Shown here in pieces: positions 46,867 through 64,000 of a DNA stretch of 64,000 bases. The DNA is taken from assembly GCF_009914755.1 (NCBI RefSeq), contig NC_060926.1, one strand, 5' to 3'. This DNA is from the human T2T-CHM13v2.0 reference genome, Homo sapiens. The first letter of the stretch is position 1. The number at the start of each line of letters is the position of its first letter. Position numbers and translations under genes: made by a program. Below the pieces are notes generated by a model, which worked only from the letters and a program-made list of their open reading frames with translations, was not told the DNA's origin and made no database searches.

Positions 46867-48247
46867 GGTGGGAGAGGTATCGGCAGGGGCAGCGCTGCCG
46901 CCGGGGCCTGGGGCTGACCCGTCTGACTTCCCGTCCGTGCCGAGCCCACTCGAGCCGCAGCCATGTCTGGGGACGAGATGATTTTTGATCCTACTATGAG
47001 CAAGAAGAAAAAGAAGAAGAAGAAGCCTTTTATGTTAGATGAGGAAGGGGATACCCAAACAGAGGAAACCCGGCCTTCAGAAACAAAAGAAGTGGAGCCA
47101 GAGCCAACTGAGGACAAAGATTTGGAAGCTGATGAAGAGGACACTAGGAAAAAAGATGCTTCTGATGATCTAGATGACTTGAACTTCTTTAATCAAAAGA
47201 AAAAGAAGAAAAAAACTAAAAAGATATTTGATATTGATGAAGCTGAAGAAGGTGTAAAGGATCTTAAGATTGAAAGTGATGTTCAAGAACCAACTGAACC
47301 AGAGGATGACCTTGACATTATGCTTGGCAATAAAAAGAAGAAAAAGAAGAATGTTAAGTTCCCAGATGAGGATGAAGCTCTAGAAGATGAAGACAACAAA
47401 AAAGATGATGGTATCTCATTCAGTAATCAGACAGGCCCTGCTTGGGCAGGCTCAGAAAGAGACTACACATACGAGGAGCTGCTGAATCGAGTGTTCAACA
47501 TCATGAGGGAAAAGAATCCAGATATGGTTGCTGGGGAGAAAAGGAAATTTGTCATGAAACCTCCACAAGTCGTCCGAGTAGGAACCAAGAAAACTTCTTT
47601 TGTCAACTTTACAGATATCTGTAAACTATTACATCGTCAACCCAAACATCTCCTTGCATTTTTATTGGCTGAATTGGGTACAAGTGGTTCTATAGATGGT
47701 AATAACCAACTTGTAATCAAAGGAAGATTCCAACAGAAACAGATAGAAAATGTCTTGAGAAGATATATCAAGGAGTATGTCACTTGTCACACATGCCGAT
47801 CACCGGACACAATCCTGCAGAAGGACATGCGACTCTATTTCCTACAGTGCGAAACTTGTCATTCTAGATGTTCTGTTGCCATTATCAAAATTGGCTTCCA
47901 GGCTGTCATGGGCAAGCGAGCACAGCTCCGTGCCAAAGCTAACTAATTTGCTAATCACTGATTTTGCAAAGCTTGTTGTGGAGATGTGGCTGGACAGGTT
48001 TGCCATCAGAGTGGATATACCATTGTATTAAAAACAAGATAAAAAAGCTGCCAAGATTTTTGGCGAGTGGTTGGTTGGTCTGAAGTCCTTGCAAGACGCT
48101 GATGCTCAAGCTGTTGACATACTCATTGCCTACTTTAACACCTGTCAGAGAAACGTGATATGGGGTAAGGAGGTGCTTTTTTAAAATAGTTCATAGACTT
48201 CTGTAAAATGCAAGATAAATTAAAGTTATTATAACAGTGAAAAAAAA
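46867..48247 (+). pseudogene. EIF2S2P4: EIF2S2 (eIF2-beta) processed retrocopy
   Basis: Intronless copy with GC-rich 5'UTR, CDS, 3'UTR, ATTAAA at 48219 and A-tail at 48240-48247; 16-bp TSD GAAAAGGGA(G/A)CTTAGG at 46851-46866 and 48248-48263. The pseudogene number is recalled from locus annotation. Confidence 0.93.
46963..47946 (+). CDS. Open 327-codon eIF2-beta ORF within the retrocopy (translation unproven)
   Basis: [21 protein letters not shown]...RAKAN*; three poly-Lys boxes and the C2-C2 zinc finger (CHTC...CETC) are intact; no stops or frameshifts. Confidence 0.45.
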   Translation: MSGDEMIFDPTMSKKKKKKKKPFMLDEEGDTQTEETRPSETKEVEPEPTEDKDLEADEEDTRKKDASDDLDDLNFFNQKKKKKKTKKIFDIDEAEEGVKDLKIESDVQEPTEPEDDLDIMLGNKKKKKKNVKFPDEDEALEDEDNKKDDGISFSNQTGPAWAGSERDYTYEELLNRVFNIMREKNPDMVAGEKRKFVMKPPQVVRVGTKKTSFVNFTDICKLLHRQPKHLLAFLLAELGTSGSIDGNNQLVIKGRFQQKQIENVLRRYIKEYVTCHTCRSPDTILQKDMRLYFLQCETCHSRCSVAIIKIGFQAVMGKRAQLRAKAN

Positions 48248-48488
48248 GAAAAGGGAACTTAGGAAGTATTTAGAACTAAATGAACATGCAAGACACAATA
48301 TTCAAAATTTGCGGAATGCAACTAAAGTTGAACTTAGGAAGAAATTCATAGCGCTGAACATTCATATTTGAAAAAAAAAAGCCTTCAATCATTGACATGA
48401 GAGCTCTCATCTTAAGAAGAAACTTGAAAAGGAAGGCCAAATGAAACCTAAAGTAAGTAAAAGAAAGGAAATATCAAAAATCAAAGTA

Positions 48489-48660
48489 AGCCAGACATGG
48501 TGGTGCATGCCCATCATCCTAGCTATTCAGGAGGCTGAGACAGGAAGAGCACTTGCGCCCAGGAGCTCAAAGTTGCAATGAGCTATGATTGTGCCACTGC
48601 ACTCCAGCCTGGGTGACACAGTGAGACCCTGTCTCAAAATAATAATAATAATAATAAAGT
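48489..48660 (+). mobile_element. Alu right monomer (FRAM/AluJ-like) with a (TAA)n tail
   Basis: Right-arm consensus. Confidence 0.8.
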
Positions 48661-49805
48661 CAGAGTAGATATCAGTGACAGAAAACAGAAAACAATACAG
48701 CAGATCGATGAAACCAAAAGTTGGTTTGAGAAAACAAATACAATTATGAAACCTCTAATTATACTGATAAGGAAAAAAGAGAGAAGACCCAAATTATCAG
48801 TATCAGGAATGAGAAGAGTGGCATCAATACATATTTTATAGGTAATAAAAGGACAATAAGGACTACTATGAACATCTTTATGCCAATAATTCAACTTATA
48901 CAAAATGGACAAATTCCTTGGAAGACATAAACTGCCAAAGCTCACTTAAGAAAAAATAGGTAACCAGAATAGCTATTTACCAGAAAGAAAGTTTTAAAAA
49001 CTTTCCAACAAAGAAACTCCATGTCTAGGTGGCTTCACTTGGGAATTCTACCAAACATTGAAGAGAGAAACTCTATACAAATTCTCCCAGAAAATTGAAG
49101 AGAAAGAATACTTTCCAACTCATTCTAGAAGGTCAGTATTACTCTGATACCAAAACTAGACAAAGACTTTACAAAGAAAGAAAAGCAATGACTAATGTTA
49201 TTATGAATGTACATGTAAAAATTCTTAATAAAATTTTAGCAGATTGCATCTGGCAATATTTTTAAAAGATAATATATCATGGCTAAGTTAGTTTATCCCA
49301 AGAATTTGTTCAGTTTACTAGTAGAAAAATCAATGCAATTCAACATAATAGTAAACTTAAAAAGAAAAACCATGTGATCATCTCAGTAGGTACAGAAGAA
49401 GCATTTGGCAAAATTGAATGTTTATTCCTGACAAAAATTCTCAGGAATAGAAGGAAACTTAAAATCTTATAAAGGGTATTCATTAAAAAATCTACCAAAA
49501 GCATTATACTTAATGTTGAAAGACTGACTGCTTTCCCCATCTCTGATAAAAAAATAAAGCAAAGATGTCTACTCTCACCACTTCTACACAGCATTATGCT
49601 GGAGGCTCTAACCAGTGCAATAAGACAAAAAAAAAAGAAATAATAGGCTCCTAGAATGAAAGAAAATGATAAACTGTCTTTATTCACAGATGACATGCTC
49701 TTCTATGTATAAAATTCAGTGGAATTCACAGAACAGCTACCGGAAATAAGCAAATTTAGCAAAGTTTCAGGATACCAAATCAAAATACGAAAATTACTTG
49801 TATTT

Positions 49806-53585
<3,780 letters not shown>

Positions 53586-53714
53586 TCATCAAAATTAAAA
53601 GTTTCTGCTTTTGAAAGACACTTTAAGAGAATGAAAAGGCAATATATATGGATTTATTTATTAGTATATACATATTTATACTATATATGTGTGTGTATAT
53701 ATATATTTTATATA

Positions 53715-54340
<626 letters not shown>

Positions 54341-54545
54341 TATATAAACCCTCCCATCTAAATAATTAGAAAGGAAATTTTTAAACAGTCCCAATATTTG
54401 AACAAAGACTTCACCAAAGAAAATATATGGACAGCAAATGAAAAAAGCACTCAAAATCATTAATCATTGGGGAAATTAACATTAAAACTACAATGAGATA
54501 ATGCAACAGACCTAATAGAATGGCTAAAATTTAAAAGACTGCCTA

Positions 54546-54664
<119 letters not shown>

Positions 54665-54924
54665 GACTGCCTATACCTGGACTAAGTGAGGAAGTAGACG
54701 AACTGGAATTTTCATATGCTGCTGGTAAGAACATAAAACATACAATCACATTGCCAGTGTCTTAAAAAGTGAAACATACATATACCAAATGACTCCTATG
54801 TGTTTACCCTATGTGTTACTCCTATGTGTTTACCCTATGTGTACCCTAAGTGAAACATACATATATCAAAACACTCCTGTGTGTTTACCCAAGAAAACAA
54901 AAGTATATGTCCATAGAACGTCTT

Positions 54925-55318
<394 letters not shown>

Positions 55319-55443
55319 TGAACAGATAAATTGTGGTATATCCATGCAATGGACTACTGCCTGGCAATAAAAAGGAATGAACTGTTGATTTTGCAACATG
55401 ATTAAATATGAAATTATGATGCTGAGTTAAAGAAGCTAGACAA

Positions 55444-55835
<392 letters not shown>

Positions 55836-56889
55836 TCAGTAATAGCTTAGGAATGAGAGGAAGGACAGAAGATCTTTTTAAAAAAAAAAGAGAGTTCATT
55901 TAATATTTTTGGAGGTACACCTTCACCTCCTCCTCCTTCTTTGGCCTAAGGTAAGGTAGGGAATACTTGGCTACTAACTGTTCTGTCCTAGAAGGAATGA
56001 GGAGGATGGTGGTCATTGCAGGCCATCACTTAACCTCTCTTTTTTCTGTTCCATGTCCCATGTCCGTCTCTCATATCTGCAGCCATCTAGTCCAAAATAT
56101 CTAGACTTTTCCAAAAGAATCTCTTTTTGGATCTATTTTCCATGCAACATAGAGGCTTAGACTGCCTCTATCTTGATTCATCAGTCACTATTTCTCCATT
56201 GCTTTCTTCCCTCTAAAAATGTTGAACTTAATGATGGTCAGCCCTGCCTCAATTCTCTTTGTTATGGATGTAGGCTTTTCAAAATTTTATATTATTTTAA
56301 TAAAGGTGTTGGGAGGAAGAGATGACAAGCATAGCTGCTTAGTTTGTAACCTTGAACAAAAAGTTATCAAATTGCATTTTAAACGACTACTCTGGCTCTT
56401 GAATGGAGAATGGATTTGATAGAGGGGACAAGAGTGAATGAAGTGACATTAGGAGACAGTTGCAGTAATCCAAGTAAAGGGTGCTAGTAGCTTGGCCTAA
56501 AGTGGTAGAAGTGGAAACAGAGAAAAGTGCATGGTGTGGAGAGTTATTCAGAATATAAAATTGACATGACTGGGTTATGAATTGGATATGGGGAAAGAAA
56601 AAAAAAAAAGAGGTTTGCCCAGGCTTCTTACTTGCCAGTGGTTATAGTCACTAAGATAGGGACTGAAAGAGGACAAGATTTCTGGTAGAAAATCATTAAT
56701 ATAGTTTTAGAGCTATCGAGCTTGTATCATTGATACATCCAAAAGAAGAAGTCAAGGAGGCTCATGCTATGTGAATTCAGAGTTGAGGTCTGAGAAGACA
56801 TGTATTAGGGAGTTATTGATGGACAATGAGCCAAGCTGAATGGATGAAATCTCTTAGAAAATGATTATGAATAAGAAGAGGAAAGGGTT

Positions 56890-57712
<823 letters not shown>

Positions 57713-58291
57713 AGCCGAGGAGACTTGAGAAACTCCAATATTTAAATATTTACTAGAGAAATGTAAATTGGCAAAAAAAAAAAAAAAAAAAAAAAAAGAG
57801 GTAGTCAGAAACAGTAAGAAAATCAGAAAGGTACAATGTCACAGATACAAGATATAGACCCACAGAAACAAAGCAAAATGTTTTCAGAATAAAGGAATAC
57901 AATGTGTCAAATATAGCTGAAAGGTCAAATAAGATGAGATGAAAAGTTACTTTTGAATTTAATGACATGAAGGTTGTGGTAACACAGTGACAACTGGGGC
58001 AGAGGGAAAACTTATAAGCTCAGCTTTGGACAAATAGAGTTTGAGATGTCTATGGGATATTTAAGTATATTTGTCCAGCATGTAGTTAGATAATATGTGA
58101 CCTGAAGCTCAGTTTAGGGCCAGTCAGCATAAAGGTGGTCGATAAAACCGTCAGTGTAAATGAGATCACCAGGGAGACCATGTCGACGGGTGGGAGGGGA
58201 TCTTAGCGCACAGCAAGGTTTTATAGCGTGAGCACAGGTAGAAAACACACAAAGAAGCTCATGAAGAGGAGAACTGGGAGAATGAGGTTCA

Positions 58292-59071
<780 letters not shown>

Positions 59072-59092
59072 CCATCTAAAAAAAAAAAAAGA

Positions 59093-59409
<317 letters not shown>

Positions 59410-60867
59410 TCAAATGCAGTAGAAAAATCTCCTAAGGCAAGAAGCAGAAGGTCCCCTCTCACATACCGCTCTGAATCTGACACTATTTGCCAGAGCAGTT
59501 TCAGCAGTGCGGTGTAAAGCCAGCAAGGGCAAGCTGAGCAATGATGAAAATTAGAATATGGATGCCCACATGTAGAGACTCTTGGTGCTCAGGACGGGAA
59601 AAAAGGGCACTTTTGAGGGCCATGTGCTTTGTTTTCTGTTTCATTTTGTTTTGAGACTGACTTAAATTTGTTTATTAATTCAGGGGAAACACCCCAGTGG
59701 AATGTTTTTCCAACATTTGCTTTCCCCAGCTTTTATGAAAAGCCCTTCAACTTGTGTTTAGTTTTAACAACATCACCTTTCATGTCAATATATAATTGGG
59801 TACAATTCCCAGGTTTATTTGCTTTTAGATTAGTTGATTCTCAATTGAGTGGGGGTGGGGCGGGGCCTTTTTCTCACAGCTATCTTCAAGTCACAGTCAG
59901 AGGAAGTATCTTGTACTTCAAGAGTTCCTAAACAGCACTAAGAAAAAAAGCAAAATTCCCTGGTCAAGTAAATTTGAGAAAGCCTACACATTAAAAAAAA
60001 CTCCCTCTGAGAAACTGACAAAGTATATTAGCATACTAAAGCCTCTGAGACATTCTACATTAAACAAAAAACTTTGTTTAACAGTTTAACAAACAAACTA
60101 ATTTCCTCCAGGGGCAATGCTTTTTTCTCTGCATGTTAATAACATACCAGAAGAATTTTCCCTTATCACCAGTTTAGGAAACCCTGCTGTAGCCGATTGA
60201 TTCTACCTACGGATTCCTTTTGGGTTTTACAATAGAGAGATTCTTCTCCATTTTATCTCTAGATTTAGGGATTCCTGTTACCTCAGGGACTTGGAGCCCT
60301 CCCTAGACTATTTACAGTAAAGAATGGTGATGATACCACCAGTTATTACCTTAGGAACTCCTTTGTAACACCAGGGTCAGTGGGTACTTAACAAAATATT
60401 GGGCTAAGGGCAAAGATGATTGAGGAGAGCTCAGCAAGAGACATCTTTAACTAAGGGTAACAAAATTCCCAGTCCGTGAAAGGATTGTTAAGTTATTAAA
60501 CACTTTCCTAGGATATGAGTTGGTGACAGGATCCAAGTGCCTCCTTATATGTCTGGAGGAAGCCATCAACTAAACTACAATGACTGTAAGATACAAAATT
60601 GGGAATGGTAACATATTTTGAAGTTCTGTTGACATAAAGAATCATGATATTAATGCCCATGGAAATGAAAGGGCGATCAACACTATGGTTTGAAAAGGGG
60701 GAAATTGTAGAGCACAGATGTGTTCGTGTGGCAGTGTGCTGTCTCTAGCAATACTCAGAGAAGAGAGAGAACAATGAAATTCTGATTGGCCCCAGTGTGA
60801 GCCCAGATGAGGTTCAGCTGCCAACTTTCTCTTTCACATCTTATGAAAGTCATTTAAGCACAACTAA

Positions 60868-61194
<327 letters not shown>

Positions 61195-61616
61195 TAAATA
61201 TTTAAAAAATTGGTATTTCACATATATACTAGTATTTACATTTATCCACACATCAAGAATTGGAGGATAATAATCATTTCCATGAAGCCTACAATAACAC
61301 TGTTTTGGCTCCAGGCTCCCTCTACTGTCTTTGAAATAATAAACAAACATTTTATGGCACCCTCCTGACTAGATTCTAATACTTATGAAAGTCAAAACAA
61401 ACACAATCTCATGCAGTAAAAAGGATATCCTTAGTATGATAATCAGGAAGTTCAGTATTTGAAGAAAGTTGAAAAAATATAAACTACTTAATAAAATATT
61501 AATATAAATAAAGCCATATGAAGTTGCCATTATTTGACCATTTTTTATCCACGAATGGTAATTTCATATGGTTTGACCTAATATATGAATGTTTAATTGT
61601 CAAAGAATAGTAGGGT

Positions 61617-61620
61617 ATGT

Positions 61621-61665
<45 letters not shown>
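61617..61665. repeat. (TG)n microsatellite
   Basis: Read directly from the sequence. Confidence 0.95.
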
Positions 61666-61669
<4 letters not shown>

Positions 61670-62384
61670 GTGTGTTGCAGGAAAGATTGTTGCTTTTAAT
61701 AAATAATATCTATTATTAAATTCCCTAAATGCATTGGTTAATTTATATGATGTTTCTTGACAAATATTAACTACAGGATATGTAAAGTCCATGTCTTATA
61801 GGAATATATGTATTATAATTTGGGTTTAGAAGAAAAAAAAATCGGCCTTCAGATTAATAAATGTGAAAATACAAAATGTTTCACATGAAAAGGTAAATGA
61901 AAGAAATGCAGCAAAGCCACATGCTTACAAGAGGAAAGCTGGAAATAAAATAGTTAACATTTTAACTGAGAGAAGGAAGTAGGGCAATTTACAAAGACTT
62001 CAAACAATCTCACACTGTTGAGAAAACCAGCAAATCCTGGAAAGGATTAGAGGTAAAAGCCAAAGTCAATACACTTCAAATACCCTGGGTACTTCACAGT
62101 AACTAACAAGAAAGCATCTTCTGGGTAAGTTCACACTTCGCACGAAATAAATATTAATTCCGTTGTTGGTAGTTTTCCAAAAAGTTAATATTTTACAGTT
62201 CAGAAATTTGGTTTCTTAAATTTGCCTTTGAAGCTCGAAGAATGCCTTTTGAAGTTGTTTTCATAGTCCTAGGAATTGAGTCTAAAAATGAAAGATGCCA
62301 CCAAAGATTTGTTTACAAAGATGTTCATCAAAACCTTATTTTTATAGTTTACTGTTCACCAATTAAATCTTATGTCTGGCATAA

Positions 62385-62712
<328 letters not shown>

Positions 62713-63152
62713 CTCAACAAATATTTTTGAAACAATGAATTACATAAGAAAAGTTGAAAAATTTCAAATTGGGGACTGTTTGAATAAATTATGGATAAAT
62801 ATTATACAGCCATTAAAAATGTTTTGAGGCTTAAATACATTTGGGAAATGTTTAAGAGGAAAAGTTAAGCAAAAAGGATGCTAGCACCGTGTACACATCT
62901 AATGCAAATGTTGTAAAGTATATATATATATATATATGTGAGCACAAAGAGGATAGAAGGAAAAATAGAATTATTGACTGAGGTTATTACTGAGTGGTAG
63001 AATTCTGGATGGTTTTAATTTCTTCTTTTGTGTTTCTCTGCATTTGTTTTATAATTAGAAAAACACTAAAAGTGATTTAAACATTTTTAACATAAGGCAC
63101 TGCTAACATTCAGATCTGTAATAAAAATGAGTCCATTAAAAATCAGGGAGTT

Positions 63153-63437
63153 AGCCAGGCATGGTAGCTCACGCCATGTAATCCCAGCACCTTGGAAGGC
63201 CAAAGTGGGTGAATTGCTTGCGCCCAGGAGTTTGAGACCAGCCTACGCAACATAGTGAGACCTTGTCTCTATAAAAAAAGAAAAAAAAATTAGCGGGGGG
63301 CAGTGGCCTGTGCCTGTAGTCCTAGCTACTCAGGAGGCTGAGGGGATACAGAGGTTGCAGTGAGCTGAGAGGTCAGGCCACTGCACTCCAGCTTTGCAGC
63401 CTGGGCTACAGAGCAAGAGTCTCTTTTTAAAAAAAAT
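63153..63437 (+). mobile_element. Alu (AluJ-like) with TSD
   Basis: AAAAATCAGGGAGTT on both sides. Confidence 0.9.
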
Positions 63438-64000
63438 CAGGGAGTTTCATGAAATGTAGTTGTGGGATGATTCAATATTTGTATAAAACTGGCTCTTCCT
63501 CTCCACTTTGTTAGAACGAACTCTTGCTAGACAGACACTTTTGGTAATTTATTCAGTGGTGTAAATGCACAGGCCAGGGCTAAACTGTGCTTTATTTTTG
63601 AGTATAACACCAATAATAACTTCTGCAGAAAAGTTAGGTGACTTATTTCTCAAGTTATACAAATAAAGATGAAATGTAGTGCTTTTTCATCAGAGAGAAG
63701 CAAAATAATCATCAGTGGTTCAAATAGGTACTGGACCAGGCACTTTACCTAATGATCTTTAATTCTTACGGCTATCCTGAAAGTACTTTTATTTATATAC
63801 AGAATATTATGGTAGAAGTAATAATATCTCAGTTGTTGACGAATTGTCATGTGCGAGGCTCTGTGTCAGGGGCTTTATTTTCTCTCATTCCATGTTCTGA
63901 GCTACAGGGGCAGGTAGTGCATGTATTTCCACTTGGCACTTGAAGACCTTGAGGCCCAAGGTGGAAGCCAGATCACTCTAACCACTCCTCGATGTGGAGA

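Noticed and set aside
61880-62130. Possible upstream exon of ERICH2 or exons of ERICH2-DT (donor-like GGGTAAGT at ~62123)
   Set aside because: Exon structure cannot be established from the sequence alone; no ORF or promoter support within the window

Overview
This window is human (primate) genomic DNA, recognisable as the SP5 locus on chr2q31.1, between MYO3B and ERICH2/GAD1. The only intact spliced protein-coding gene is SP5: two exons, CDS 10645-10695 plus 11391-12536, 398 aa, with an Sp box, a buttonhead box and three C2H2 fingers. SP5 lies in a ~6 kb CpG island within a ~10 kb Alu-free zone that carries two TCF/LEF site clusters. The rest is repeat-rich intergenic DNA (Alu, L1, L2, MIR, MaLR/ERV LTRs, DNA transposons). 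An ancient, near-full-length L1 (~44.3-55.9 kb) is broken up by nested insertions, including an EIF2S2 (eIF2-beta) processed retrocopy that still has an open 327-codon ORF and 16-bp target-site duplications (TSDs). I see no evidence of a wholly new biological system. The best leads are the open eIF2-beta retrocopy, a possible intron-initiated SP5 isoform, a small CpG-retaining YY1/C-EBP element at ~39.5 kb, a candidate distal neuronal (GAD1-region) enhancer at ~60.6-61.2 kb, and an Alu-to-Alu templated insertion. Repeat subfamily names and comparisons with reference sequences are from memory, and most repeat boundaries are approximate.
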